NCBI GenBank assembly: GCA_947311825.1
Contig: CAMZLY010000081.1
Span: forward strand, 1 to 63,906
Source of the DNA: an uncultured bacterium
GTDB taxonomy: Bacteria; Verrucomicrobiota; Kiritimatiellia; UBA8416; CAMZLY01
DNA: 63,906 nucleotides
Reading direction: 5' to 3'
Of this stretch, positions 1-9,820 are shown one piece after another. Below the pieces are notes generated by a model. It was not told where the DNA came from. It saw only the letters and a program-made list of their open reading frames with translations, and ran no database searches. Made by a program: the position numbers and the translations under genes. The stretch's first letter is position 1. Every line of letters starts with the position of its first letter.

Positions 1-348
1 CGTACATTCATGTTTCTTCATTGCATCTATAATACCACGCACTGTTACTGCACGAGCAATACCGGTAGAGTTCCAGTAGCCGCCATCATACATAGCCTGT
101 GCCTTAATCATAATCAGGCAAGCATCAGCCATTTCATCTTTCAAATCAACAATAACAGTTTCAGCACCACAAGGAGCCATATTAGTAATAACATCACGGA
201 TATCCTCCTCATCCGCCTGTGCAAGATCAGCAGAAAAGCAGACAACATCCGCCCCCAAATCAACCAACCGCTTAGTAACCGTCTTACTATCTAACCCACC
301 GGAAACACATATACCCAACTTTTCATTCTCTAAATCTGATAATTTCAT
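1..348 (-). CDS. argG: Argininosuccinate synthase, N-terminal 116 codons; the gene continues past the left edge
   Basis: Absent from the ORF track because it is open at the edge. Hand translation from the ATG (rc of 346-348) gives MKLSDLENEKLGICVSGGLDSKTVTKRLVDLGADVVCFSADLAQADEEDIRDV...YDGGYWNSTGIARAVTVRGIIDAMKKHECT. The SGGLDS PP-loop and the DEED and RAVT blocks resemble the E. coli-type ArgG N-terminus. Clustered with argD/argB/argJ. Confidence 0.75.
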   Translation of the reverse strand, partial: MKLSDLENEKLGICVSGGLDSKTVTKRLVDLGADVVCFSADLAQADEEDIRDVITNMAPCGAETVIVDLKDEMADACLIMIKAQAMYDGGYWNSTGIARAVTVRGIIDAMKKHECT

Positions 349-389
349 TTTACTCCTTTTTTATAATTATGACAAATGACCATACAACT

Positions 390-977
390 TTATGCAAAGG
401 CTAATTTAACTTGATTTCTAGTTGTCCCAATCTCTTCGCCTTGTAAAGCTGATAAATCAATAACTGCACCGTATTCGATAAACACATCATAAAACTTATC
501 GTATTCACTGCCCCAATAAACCATTGCACACGCCATAGGTGCCCCCTTCCCACCACCAAAACCATTTTCAAGAAATTTTAGTCGTGTATCATACAAAAAA
601 CAAACTGCTTTAGCATGCCCAAAAACACTTTTCTTCCAATGTGATGTATTTGTTGCAACAGGAATTAAGGCCAATATTTCAGAGTCATATTCTTGATGTG
701 ACAATAAGCATTTTCTCAACCAATCCTTTATAGTTGTACCTCTATTACGATCAGCTCCATAAGGAGGATTCACATAAATAGTGGGATAATTCCATTCTTC
801 TATAAGTCCGTCATACTCAGGAAGCATAAACTCCATATCAGCATTAACTATAGAGTATTCATTTGAACATGGATCTAATGCTATAGAACCTCCAAAAAAG
901 TTTTTTATAACAGTAACATATTTCTGGGGTGTACCCCAACTCTGACTTTGCGAATTTACGGTTCGTCCCGCACTCAT
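390..977 (-). CDS. DNA N6-adenine methyltransferase, short phage-Dam-like family
   Basis: 195 aa. The layout WGTPQKYV..ALDPCS..DGL..EW..IYVNPPYG (TP motif, LDPC, catalytic NPPY) is typical of the small Dam-type N6-MTase family. Its ATG overlaps the upstream ORF's TGA as ATGA (974-977). Confidence 0.75.
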   Translation of the reverse strand: MSAGRTVNSQSQSWGTPQKYVTVIKNFFGGSIALDPCSNEYSIVNADMEFMLPEYDGLIEEWNYPTIYVNPPYGADRNRGTTIKDWLRKCLLSHQEYDSEILALIPVATNTSHWKKSVFGHAKAVCFLYDTRLKFLENGFGGGKGAPMACAMVYWGSEYDKFYDVFIEYGAVIDLSALQGEEIGTTRNQVKLAFA

Positions 978-2110
978 CGGATATCACTCCATTTCTTTGA
1001 TTTTAATTCTTCAAGTTCCTTCTTCAGTTCTACTATTTCTCTTTTTACAGGGGCAATAATATTAAACCACCCTTCAATCTTCCTTAAATTATCTGAAAAA
1101 TATTTAAGCAATATTTGATCTGCATCATAATCTATTCTTATTTTTGTAAAAACATTCCGCTTTTTATTTACAGTATAACTGCTTTGAAAAGCATCCTGTA
1201 CTTTTTTATATTTGCTCTTGGGATTAAGTAATAGCTCATCAATAAATTGAGAAAGTCCTTTGTCGGTTAAAAACAGCAACCAATCATACGATTGAGCTAA
1301 TACTTTCAATTCTTTATTATGATCTTCCGCAGTAAACCAATTGCCATGATTACTGACTATTCCCACAGTTAAAATAAACTTCTTCAATAATTCACTATTA
1401 TCTGAATAAATGATTTCATTCATTAATTCATCGTAAGGCTTAATATATGGCTGATTATCTGAACGGTAGATCAAACCATATTTTTCTCCAGTATCAGTTC
1501 TTATTTTTTGTAAAGAAGATGCCGACCTTGCAACATAAGCTCCCTGTTTTGCTTTTTCAATTGTTTGGGGACCCTTTTTCATGCCCTCCTCAACACCTAC
1601 TCTCTTACACTCAAAGATTACATAAGGTTTATGCATTTGCTCAAAAACGAACACTTTATGTATGGATTTCCCATACGCTTTAAAACTTGCCAATAAGAAA
1701 GAATCATCAGACTCTCCAATTGTACACGCATTCCGTAGCAAATTATGCGTATCAAGAAGATTATTATTTTTCTTAGTAAATCTTGAAATATTCGGTATTC
1801 CTTCTAGTTTTCGCAGAATTTTACTTGCTGTAATTGATTTGCCATCATTAGGAATAGTTATTTCATATTCATTAACTATCGGATGAAGAGAATATTCAAC
1901 ATTATGCGTAATATCCATATTCCCATATTCAACTAAGCCTCTTTCAATAGATGTAGAATTATTAAGTCCCCAAGTTTTTAGTAGATAATAAGTGATAATT
2001 TCAACCATTGTACCAAGTGCTCTGCCCGCTGCTTTTTTCTTATCCTTAGTATAATGAAACACTTTTTCACTAAGAGCGTTCTGCAATTTATCTATAGATT
2101 CATAAGCCAT
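974..2110 (-). CDS. Putative type II restriction endonuclease (PD-(D/E)xK-like), partner of the adjacent methyltransferase
   Basis: 378 aa with no family I can name. Candidate nuclease core is ..GESDDSF..(30 aa)..VIFECKRVG (D...ExK). Translationally coupled (ATGA) to the MTase. By eye the region is more AT-rich than the flanking arg genes. Confidence 0.5.
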   Translation of the reverse strand: MAYESIDKLQNALSEKVFHYTKDKKKAAGRALGTMVEIITYYLLKTWGLNNSTSIERGLVEYGNMDITHNVEYSLHPIVNEYEITIPNDGKSITASKILRKLEGIPNISRFTKKNNNLLDTHNLLRNACTIGESDDSFLLASFKAYGKSIHKVFVFEQMHKPYVIFECKRVGVEEGMKKGPQTIEKAKQGAYVARSASSLQKIRTDTGEKYGLIYRSDNQPYIKPYDELMNEIIYSDNSELLKKFILTVGIVSNHGNWFTAEDHNKELKVLAQSYDWLLFLTDKGLSQFIDELLLNPKSKYKKVQDAFQSSYTVNKKRNVFTKIRIDYDADQILLKYFSDNLRKIEGWFNIIAPVKREIVELKKELEELKSKKWSDIR

Positions 2111-2130
2111 TATTTAATACTCCGTGTACA

Positions 2131-3312
2131 TTACTCACTATCTTCATGTAATTCAGCAATACAATCTTCCAACATGTCAAGAGCTTCTTCAATTTCTGAA
2201 GGTTTAACATTAAGTGGTGGCAGAAAGCGTACTACATTGCCAGCAGTAGCAAGCGTCAATAACCCCATATCAGCCAGCATATCAACTAACGGCTTAGCAT
2301 CGCAATCCAAAACCAATCCCAACATTAACCCTTTGCCGCGAACATCAATAACATGCTTAAATTCTTTAACAAACCCCCGTAATCCATCTTCAAAGATTTT
2401 ACCGGTCTCAACTGCCGCACTTACCATGTCTTCTGCTTCTATCGCCTGGATAGTTGCTATTGCTGCTGCACACGCAAGCGGGGTTCCGCCAAAAGTCGAA
2501 GCATGTTTTCCCGGCTGAAAAACATCTGCAAGTTTTTCACCACTAACAACTGCACCAATTGGATATCCGCTGCCCAATGCTTTAGCAATTGAAATAGCAT
2601 CCGGCACCGAATCATAATTCTGATAACCAAACCATTTGCCGGTACGTCCCATCCCGCATTGAACTTCATCACAAAGCATCAAGATATTATGCTCATCGCA
2701 CAATGAACGAACACCATTAAAAAACTCATCCGTTGCCGGAACAATTCCACCTTCGCCCTGTATAGCCTCTAACATCACGGCAACGGTCTTTTCGCTAATA
2801 AGAGACTTAACCGATTCCAGATCATTATATTCAGCATGAATAAAACCTTCCGGCATAGGCTCAAAACCCACCTTCACCTTATCCTGTCCGGTAGCTGCGG
2901 CAGTAGCCAAAGTACGCCCATGAAAAGAATTCTTCATACATATTATTTCATATTTACCCTCTTCATGTCCCCATAGCCGAGCAAGTTTAATTAGCCCCTC
3001 ATTAGCTTCCGCACCGGAATTGGCAAAAAAGCATTTACCGCCCAGTGAAATATCAGACAGCAATTCAGCCAACAATGCCTGATTTTCTGTATAATAAAGA
3101 TTAGAAACATGTATCAGCTTTTCCGCCTGATCCTGAATAGCCGCAACTACTGTCGGATGCGAATAGCCAGTGTTCAACACCGAAATGCCAGCAATGAAAT
3201 CCAGATAAACCATACCATTATCAGCCCAAACTTTTGTACCTTTACCTTTTATCAATGTCACCGCCGGTGCATACGTCGGCATAACATACTTATTAAATTT
3301 TTCTTTTGTCAT
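2131..3312 (-). CDS. argD: Acetylornithine aminotransferase (class III PLP aminotransferase)
   Basis: 393 aa. N-terminus MPTYAPAVTLIKGKGTKVWADNGMVYLDFIAGISVLNTGYSHP and the LMLCDEVQCGMGRTG block are typical of ArgD. Lies in the arg cluster. Confidence 0.9.
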   Translation of the reverse strand: MTKEKFNKYVMPTYAPAVTLIKGKGTKVWADNGMVYLDFIAGISVLNTGYSHPTVVAAIQDQAEKLIHVSNLYYTENQALLAELLSDISLGGKCFFANSGAEANEGLIKLARLWGHEEGKYEIICMKNSFHGRTLATAAATGQDKVKVGFEPMPEGFIHAEYNDLESVKSLISEKTVAVMLEAIQGEGGIVPATDEFFNGVRSLCDEHNILMLCDEVQCGMGRTGKWFGYQNYDSVPDAISIAKALGSGYPIGAVVSGEKLADVFQPGKHASTFGGTPLACAAAIATIQAIEAEDMVSAAVETGKIFEDGLRGFVKEFKHVIDVRGKGLMLGLVLDCDAKPLVDMLADMGLLTLATAGNVVRFLPPLNVKPSEIEEALDMLEDCIAELHEDSE

Positions 3313-3346
3313 TTCACTCCAAATTTATTATCGTTCATCATTCTCT

Positions 3347-4225
3347 TCAGTCCGGCACTAATTCTGTACCGACACCGCTGTCAGTAAATATTTCCAGTAA
3401 TAACGAGTGCTGCATTCTGCCATCAATCATGTGAACTTTCTTTACTCCAGCTTTCAATGCCTCAACGCCACTACTAACCTTTGGCAACATACCGCCACTA
3501 ATAACTTGAGTATCAACCAAATATTCTATCTCGCTTAATCGTAATGTTGCAATCAATGACTCCGGATCCGCAGGATCACGTAATAACCCCGGTACGTCAG
3601 TTAAATATACCAGTTTACGAGCTTTTAATGCCTTAGCCACTGCTCCTGCGGCTATATCTGCATTAATATTATGAACTTTATCATCTGCCCCCAAACCTAA
3701 TGGCGTAATTACCGGAATGATCTTGTTATTCAGCATAACCTTTATTGGCTCAATATTTACCGATGTAGGCTCACCCACAAAACCCCAATCAAGAACTTCC
3801 CCGGTATCTTTATCATTACCAACTTTACGTGTAACCCTAAAAATATCTTCTCCATTTAAAGCTGAAACCGTTGCCCCCATATCTTTAAGAACTTTGGTAA
3901 TACTCGGGTTAACCTCACCCTTCATTACCCGTTCAACAACTTCTATTGATTTCTCGCAAGTAACACGTAACCCATGCACAAACTTTGATTCAATCCCCTC
4001 TTCACGCATGCCACGCGAAATAGCCTTACCACCACCATGAACAATAATGGGAATCATCCCCATACACTCCATAAATGTTATATCTGTCAATAAACGAGAG
4101 ACAACATTCTTATCCTCCATCGCACTACCGCCAAGTTTAATCACCACAATAGAACCGCGAAACTTCTGAATATACGGTAACGCCTCTATCAGTATCTCCG
4201 CTTTATTAATTAAATTCTGCATCAT
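3347..4225 (-). CDS. argB: Acetylglutamate kinase
   Basis: 292 aa. LPYIQKFRGSIVVIKLGGSAM and VHGGG motifs of the amino-acid kinase/ArgB family. Confidence 0.9.
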   Translation of the reverse strand: MMQNLINKAEILIEALPYIQKFRGSIVVIKLGGSAMEDKNVVSRLLTDITFMECMGMIPIIVHGGGKAISRGMREEGIESKFVHGLRVTCEKSIEVVERVMKGEVNPSITKVLKDMGATVSALNGEDIFRVTRKVGNDKDTGEVLDWGFVGEPTSVNIEPIKVMLNNKIIPVITPLGLGADDKVHNINADIAAGAVAKALKARKLVYLTDVPGLLRDPADPESLIATLRLSEIEYLVDTQVISGGMLPKVSSGVEALKAGVKKVHMIDGRMQHSLLLEIFTDSGVGTELVPD

Positions 4226-4261
4226 TCTCTCTTTTCATTAACAATAAATATATACTTAACA

Positions 4262-4681
4262 TCAAGTATCATCACCAACTATTTCAATAGCCCGTTCCAT
4301 AATCATCATTGCATTCTCGCATGCCAGTTCAGCATCTGCCAATACGAATGTTGTACCTGGAGTCAAGTCGGGCAGCCCATTTGGATAACGAGCAGGAATA
4401 TAGTAACGATCAAGAGCCGCAGCTCTTTCCACCAAAACATCAAACTTGTCCCTAATATTCTTTTCAGGAATGTCGCATATCAATTTCTGAATACTATGTC
4501 CCCATGAATCTACATCCAATTCAAATAAAACAGACTTCAACGATTTTTCCGCAGCCTGCTGAGCAATAAAACAACTATGAGAATACATTCCCTGTCCCTT
4601 TAGCAATATTGCCGCAGAAAAATCTTCTTGAGCAGTTGTAAACCACCGAACCGCCTCATGATGTTGTTGCTTCTTGCTCAT
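4262..4681 (-). CDS. HEPN-domain protein (putative toxin of an MNT/HEPN pair)
   Basis: 139 aa. A helical protein with GHSIQKL and LDRYYIPARYP blocks characteristic of small HEPN proteins. Overlaps the upstream nucleotidyltransferase gene by 26 nt. Confidence 0.75.
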   Translation of the reverse strand: MSKKQQHHEAVRWFTTAQEDFSAAILLKGQGMYSHSCFIAQQAAEKSLKSVLFELDVDSWGHSIQKLICDIPEKNIRDKFDVLVERAAALDRYYIPARYPNGLPDLTPGTTFVLADAELACENAMMIMERAIEIVGDDT

Positions 4682-5003
4682 AAATTACAACCCCTTCTTT
4701 TAATATATTCTTTATAAATGTCCGCATAGATAATTGTTTCATTTCACTAACGCTATAAATAAGCAAATCAACCGGATTAGTATAGAGTAATTTCGATATT
4801 TTTGCATAAATATCATCATATCTATCAAAAAAACGATTGGACGTATCCTGAACAAGCATCAAATCGATGTCACTATGCCTACTCTGATCATTCCTTGCAA
4901 AAGAGCCAAAAACAACGGCCTTAACAATTTTACACGACTCAAATAATCTACACAGTTTTTCAAACGTCTCTTGATCACATATCGAACATTGTTTTTGATT
5001 CAT
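4656..5003 (-). CDS. Minimal nucleotidyltransferase (MNT), putative antitoxin partner of the HEPN protein
   Basis: GSFARNDQSRHSDIDLML matches the GSxxRG..SDxDL pol-beta-type NTase motif. The track start at 5006 is GTG; the ATG is at 5003. Confidence 0.75.
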   Translation of the reverse strand: MNQKQCSICDQETFEKLCRLFESCKIVKAVVFGSFARNDQSRHSDIDLMLVQDTSNRFFDRYDDIYAKISKLLYTNPVDLLIYSVSEMKQLSMRTFIKNILKEGVVIYEQEATTS

Positions 5004-5038
5004 CACTATTCACTATTCACTGTTCACTATTCACTATC
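5004..5038 (-). repeat. Heptamer tandem array, 5 units (plus strand CACTATT CACTATT CACTGTT CACTATT CACTATC)
   Basis: Read directly from the sequence. It lies between the double stop of argJ (TGATGA, 5039-5044) and the ATG of the MNT gene (5003), with zero-nt spacing to that ATG. Confidence 0.9.
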
Positions 5039-5041
5039 TCA

Positions 5042-6253
5042 TCACGTCATATACGCAGAATTAATTTTTATATATTCTTCGCTACAATCGCAAGTATATA
5101 CCGTATCGCTATCATCACCTAGATTTAGATTTACAGTCAAAGCAAAACTATCGCCAGCCAAAATCTTTTCCAGCTCTTCCAGCGATTGTTCAGGAACTCG
5201 ACAACCGCCCTTAACCATTAAAACATCATCATAAGCAATATCAACCAGTTCCTCCCGTACATCTGCACCGGAATATCCAACAACATCAATAACCCGCCCC
5301 CAGTTAGGATCTCCCCCACACCACGACGTTTTAACCAATAACGAATTAGCAATTGCACGTGTTGCAAGTTCTGCATCACTAATCGTTGCCGCACCTTTTA
5401 CCGTTACCGTTACAAATTTTGTAGCACCTTCTCCATCTTTTACAATCATAAAAGCCAACTGCTTCGCAATCTCAATTACTGCATTACAAAACTTCGCCCA
5501 CTCAGGATGCTGTGCATTTAATAATTCGTTGCCAGCTTTACCATTCGCAAACAACAATACAGTGTCATTACAGCTCTGATCGCCATCAACAGAAATCTTA
5601 TTGAAACTAACGGCAACCGCTGCTAAAAGAGCATCCTGCAACGCACTTTGTTCAACTTTTGCATCAGTAGTTATATAAGCAAGCATAGTTGCCATATTGG
5701 GCTCAATCATACCGGAACCTTTTGCCATACCGCCAACACATACTCTCTTACCGTCTATCATAAGTTCAATCGCATACTGTTTATTAACTAAATCTGTAGT
5801 CATAATGGCTTTTGCCGCCATATCACCACCATCATCAGATAGAGCTTCTGCAACCATACCGACCCCACCCTCAACCTTATCCATCGGCATAGGCACACCA
5901 ACAGTTCCGGTAGAACAGACAAGCACTAATGATTTATCAACACCAAGCACCGAAGCAGTCATAGCCCCCATACGTATAGCATCTAACATTCCCTGCTTGC
6001 CATTACACGCATTGGCATTACCGCTATTTATAACAACTGCCTTAGCCGTGCCGCCGACAATCAGTTCCTGGCAAAGTTTAACCGGTGCACCTTTTATCTT
6101 ATTAGATGTAAAGACACCGGCAACATTAGCAACAACATCAGAATAGAGTAACGCAAAATCCAACGCTTTATGCTTTAATCCTGCATGGACACCTGCAGCT
6201 CGATATCCTTCTGCCGCAGTAACACCACCATCAATTTTAATATATTCATTCAT
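5042..6253 (-). CDS. argJ: Bifunctional glutamate N-acetyltransferase / amino-acid acetyltransferase
   Basis: 403 aa. ArgJ family, with the autoprocessing-site context MATMLAYITTDA and the C-terminal CSEEYIKINSAY. Confidence 0.9.
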   Translation of the reverse strand: MNEYIKIDGGVTAAEGYRAAGVHAGLKHKALDFALLYSDVVANVAGVFTSNKIKGAPVKLCQELIVGGTAKAVVINSGNANACNGKQGMLDAIRMGAMTASVLGVDKSLVLVCSTGTVGVPMPMDKVEGGVGMVAEALSDDGGDMAAKAIMTTDLVNKQYAIELMIDGKRVCVGGMAKGSGMIEPNMATMLAYITTDAKVEQSALQDALLAAVAVSFNKISVDGDQSCNDTVLLFANGKAGNELLNAQHPEWAKFCNAVIEIAKQLAFMIVKDGEGATKFVTVTVKGAATISDAELATRAIANSLLVKTSWCGGDPNWGRVIDVVGYSGADVREELVDIAYDDVLMVKGGCRVPEQSLEELEKILAGDSFALTVNLNLGDDSDTVYTCDCSEEYIKINSAYMT

Positions 6254-6343
6254 AAAAATACTCTTTTTTCTTTCGTCATAATAACTGTGATAAATATCAA
6301 CAATTATCCGCCAAAAGTCTATTAAAATATTGCTACCCTATAA

Positions 6344-6405
6344 ACAAAAAAACGCACAAACCTTCCGACATCCATATTTAATGGCAGTCAGACTGTTTGT
6401 GCGTT
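6344..6405 (-). terminator. Probable intrinsic terminator after rpsI
   Basis: In minus-strand sense: AACGCACAAAC (rc of 6395-6405), a 33 nt loop containing a small inner hairpin, GTTTGTGCGTT (rc of 6351-6361), then TTTTTTT (rc of 6344-6350). The stem is 11 bp. The loop is long for a canonical terminator. Confidence 0.5.
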
Positions 6406-6435
6406 AATAAATAACACCTGTTTTCCAGAAACGAT

Positions 6436-6834
6436 TTAACGCTTGGAGAACTGGAAGCGTTTGCGAGCACCGGGCTGACCAGGTTTTTTACGCTCTTTCA
6501 TACGTGAATCACGAGTGAGACAACCGCTATTTTTTAATACTTCACGTAATGATGTATCAGCAAGGGAAAGTGCTCTTGCCAAACCATGCCGAACAGCTCC
6601 AGCCTGACCTGCAATTCCACCACCACTAACTTTTACTGAAATATCAAAACTCTCAAGCATATTTGTAAGCTTAAGAGGTTGTTCAATATAGCTAATCAGC
6701 GCTTCACTGTTAAAATATTCAACGATACCACGCTTATTGACTTTCCATTGCCCGTTACCAGGCTTTAAAGTCACACGAGCGACAGAAGTCTTACGACGCC
6801 CTGTTGCACTGAATTCAGTTTTATCTCCAGCCAC
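6436..6834 (-). CDS. rpsI: 30S ribosomal protein S9
   Basis: 132 aa ending ..[11 protein letters not shown], with [19 protein letters not shown], the S9 signature. Confidence 0.95.
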   Translation of the reverse strand: MAGDKTEFSATGRRKTSVARVTLKPGNGQWKVNKRGIVEYFNSEALISYIEQPLKLTNMLESFDISVKVSGGGIAGQAGAVRHGLARALSLADTSLREVLKNSGCLTRDSRMKERKKPGQPGARKRFQFSKR

Positions 6835-6861
6835 TTTTTACTCCTAATTTGTAGCAATATT

Positions 6862-7293
6862 TTATGCTAACTCTATTTTTTGTGGGTTCTGCGCCTCATG
6901 CGGATGCTGTTCGCCAGCATATACTTTTAGACGACTCAAAATGTCTCTGCTAAGATTGTTCTTAGGCAACATTCCTTTTACGGCCAACTGAATGATCCGC
7001 TCAGGATGACGCTCACGTACACGTGCTACAGGAACCTCATTTAAACCGCCACGATAACCAGTGTAGCGCTTATAAACCTTCTGATCTTCCTTATTACCTG
7101 TCAACTTAACTTTCTCTGCATTTACAACTACCACAAAGTCACCTGTATCGACATGTGGTGTAAATGTAGGCTTAACCTTACCTCTTAATATATCAGAAAT
7201 AGCGACGGCCAACCGCCCCAGCGGCTTACCTTCTGCATCAACTACAAACCATTCTCGGTCTATTTCTGTCTCTTTTGCCATAAACGATTTCAT
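6862..7293 (-). CDS. rplM: 50S ribosomal protein L13
   Basis: 143 aa. [17 protein letters not shown] and [11 protein letters not shown] are typical of L13. Conserved rplM-rpsI order. Confidence 0.95.
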   Translation of the reverse strand: MKSFMAKETEIDREWFVVDAEGKPLGRLAVAISDILRGKVKPTFTPHVDTGDFVVVVNAEKVKLTGNKEDQKVYKRYTGYRGGLNEVPVARVRERHPERIIQLAVKGMLPKNNLSRDILSRLKVYAGEQHPHEAQNPQKIELA

Positions 7294-7320
7294 GAAACTC
7301 CTCTCAAAATCAACTCATAA

Positions 7321-7347
7321 GAGGCAGGACAATAGTAGAACTGCCTC
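7321..7347 (-). terminator. Stem-loop between gspD and rplM (possible terminator or attenuator)
   Basis: GAGGCAG-N13-CTGCCTC. In minus sense it is followed by TTATGAGTTGATTTT. The T-tract is weak. Confidence 0.3.
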
Positions 7348-7361
7348 GTTCTGTCAACCCT

Positions 7362-9785
7362 CTATTTTTGATTTTCCTCTTTATTTTCTACTTTTTCATT
7401 ATTCCCAGCTGTAGATTTATCATCTTCACCTGCCTGCATAAGCATAAATTCCATTAATGCCGGATCCGTAATCACATCCAAATCGTTAACTATACCCGAC
7501 CTTTTGCCATCTTTTTTACCATTATTCCAACTGTTTGTTCCTGATGACTTGGGATCTTTTGCTAATTTACTCGACGTCCAGCCCTTTTCCCATGCATCAC
7601 CTGTTTTAGTTGCATTTCTACGTCTTTCAGTTTCTCGCATTATATCTTCTGGCGTATCCAATACTGTAGGTGTTAAAAATACAATTGTTTCTGTGCGACC
7701 ACCAGATTTTGATTTATAAGAAAACAACCTACCAAGTAGTGGAATTCTTGATAAAAGCGGAATACCAGTGACTTCTTCAGATGACGTATTCCTAACCTGA
7801 CCACCAAGAACAATCGTATCACCACTTTTCACTGCAACAGTTGCATTTAAAGTACGAGAACTATAACTAATCTTACCAGCCAAATTATCAGTAGCTGTTC
7901 CACCAGAATCGCCCGGTTCACTCATAGTCTGCTCAATTTCCATAACTACAAATTTCTTTTCATTAATGTGCGGCGTCACCGTCAACTCAAGACCAACATC
8001 CTGTTGCGAATAACGAGAATTATTGTACTGACCGCTCGTGCCTGTCGTAGTAGCACCTTCATAAACATAAATTTTATCCGTTGCCGTTATTTTTGCCTCT
8101 GTATTATCAGTTGTAGCAATGATTGGCATTGACACAACGTTCGCAGATCTATCGCTATATGTTGCCGCAACAACCACATCAAGGTTCAGATCAAAAAGGG
8201 TCATATAATACTTCATCCCGGCAATAGCAGACACATCTTCAAGTGATGTAGCAATCTTCGCCTGATTCAGTTTTCCACCCCCTTTACCACCAAAAGCCAT
8301 TACAGGTGACCTAGAGCCATCAGTTCCCTGATCATACGCAATCATAGATCGTTGCAACCAGTCAACGCCCGTTGCAATATTGTCAGAAAGCTTAACATCA
8401 ATAATTGCCGACTCAATCAAAACCTGCGAAAGCATCATATCCATATCTTTTACAATCATCTCAATTGTTCTAAGATCATTTTTGCTAGCCATAATAATCA
8501 ATGCATTAGTACGTTCATCAGCCAATATTTTGATATTATCTTTGGAAAGCTCGCCCACTTTAGATGCACCAGAACTTTTGGCAGCAGCATTCTGCTTGGC
8601 AATATAATTCCTCAAAGCAACACTTCCACTTGTACTTCTTGTGTTTTTAGCACCTACATCGTCTTTATTCTTTGCTGCACCAATTAAATCATTCAACATT
8701 CCGGCAACGGTCTTTGCTTCAGCATATTCTAACCTAAAGACACGAACACCTACATCCGGTGCAGTTTCAACATCCAGTACTTCAATAATTCTATTGAAAA
8801 ACTTCATATTTTCCGGGCGCGTAATGATAATCAGCATATTTGTTCGCTCATCTGACACTATTTTTACCTTACCACGAATAATTCCCCGCTCTACCATTTC
8901 CATAATCGCCGCAGTTGCCGATGCCGTTCTCGCTGTCTTTGCACGAATAACACCCGGAACCGTTGGACGCACAAAACCGGGAGAACCGGAACTTTTAGCC
9001 TTTGGTGCACCCTTTTTCTTCTGCTCCGCCTGCTGATCAGCAATAATTTCTTCCAACTTTTTCTTTATGTCGGCAGCCTTGGCATATTTAATCATAACAA
9101 TATTAGGCTCTTCTCGTGCTTCAACAGGCTGATCAATATAGCCAATAATTTCCGACATACGATTAACATTAGCACGTGTATCAGTAATCAAAATACTATT
9201 AATACGCTCAAACAACTGAATCTGGGCATACGGATGTTTAAACATAGTTATTGCCTTCTGTGCCTCTGCCACATCAATATATCTCAAAGCAATCATCTGA
9301 CTAACAAGCTGATCATTTTCAACAACCTCAACACTATTACTTCCATCTTCAGCGTTTGACACTATAGGAGCAAGAATAGGCATTGACTCCAAACGTGCCT
9401 TTGCACTCGGAACAACCTTTAAAAACTTATCACCAACTTCAAGCAAAGCAATGCCATTCATTCCCAAAACACTCTCTATCGCATTAAGATAATCCTCCTC
9501 CGAAAGCTTATCCTGACTTCGCAATGTAATCAATGTTTTTGGCACCCCCGGGCCCTTCAAAAGTGTACGCCCAGTCTTCTCTGCATAGTCCTGCAACACA
9601 ATATCAACAGTAGCACTACTGAACTTTAACTGATTACCGTTACTATTTGTAGCACGATTATTTATTGCCCCCCTAGACTTTACAGAACTCCGTGGAACAG
9701 GAATCTGTCCATACGTCATTATAGCTAAACAATATATACCACATACCAGCAGTAAATATCTTTTCTTTCTTATTTCAATAAACAT
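7362..9785 (-). CDS. gspD: Type II secretion system secretin
   Basis: 807 aa. Signal-like N-terminus, repeated N-domains, and the secretin C-domain block VVLGGQVRNTSSEEVTGIPLLSRIPLLGRLF..TETIVFLTPTVL. AAGGAG SD upstream of the ATG at 9785. Last gene of the gsp operon. Confidence 0.85.
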   Translation of the reverse strand: MFIEIRKKRYLLLVCGIYCLAIMTYGQIPVPRSSVKSRGAINNRATNSNGNQLKFSSATVDIVLQDYAEKTGRTLLKGPGVPKTLITLRSQDKLSEEDYLNAIESVLGMNGIALLEVGDKFLKVVPSAKARLESMPILAPIVSNAEDGSNSVEVVENDQLVSQMIALRYIDVAEAQKAITMFKHPYAQIQLFERINSILITDTRANVNRMSEIIGYIDQPVEAREEPNIVMIKYAKAADIKKKLEEIIADQQAEQKKKGAPKAKSSGSPGFVRPTVPGVIRAKTARTASATAAIMEMVERGIIRGKVKIVSDERTNMLIIITRPENMKFFNRIIEVLDVETAPDVGVRVFRLEYAEAKTVAGMLNDLIGAAKNKDDVGAKNTRSTSGSVALRNYIAKQNAAAKSSGASKVGELSKDNIKILADERTNALIIMASKNDLRTIEMIVKDMDMMLSQVLIESAIIDVKLSDNIATGVDWLQRSMIAYDQGTDGSRSPVMAFGGKGGGKLNQAKIATSLEDVSAIAGMKYYMTLFDLNLDVVVAATYSDRSANVVSMPIIATTDNTEAKITATDKIYVYEGATTTGTSGQYNNSRYSQQDVGLELTVTPHINEKKFVVMEIEQTMSEPGDSGGTATDNLAGKISYSSRTLNATVAVKSGDTIVLGGQVRNTSSEEVTGIPLLSRIPLLGRLFSYKSKSGGRTETIVFLTPTVLDTPEDIMRETERRRNATKTGDAWEKGWTSSKLAKDPKSSGTNSWNNGKKDGKRSGIVNDLDVITDPALMEFMLMQAGEDDKSTAGNNEKVENKEENQK

Positions 9786-9820
9786 AAAACTCCTTAATTA
9801 TCCAAAACAACTAAAATCCT

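Noticed and set aside
10-294. 94-aa plus-strand ORF at the left edge
   Set aside because: It lies antisense to a convincing argG N-terminus (1-348, minus strand). The sequence is low-complexity with no recognisable motif.
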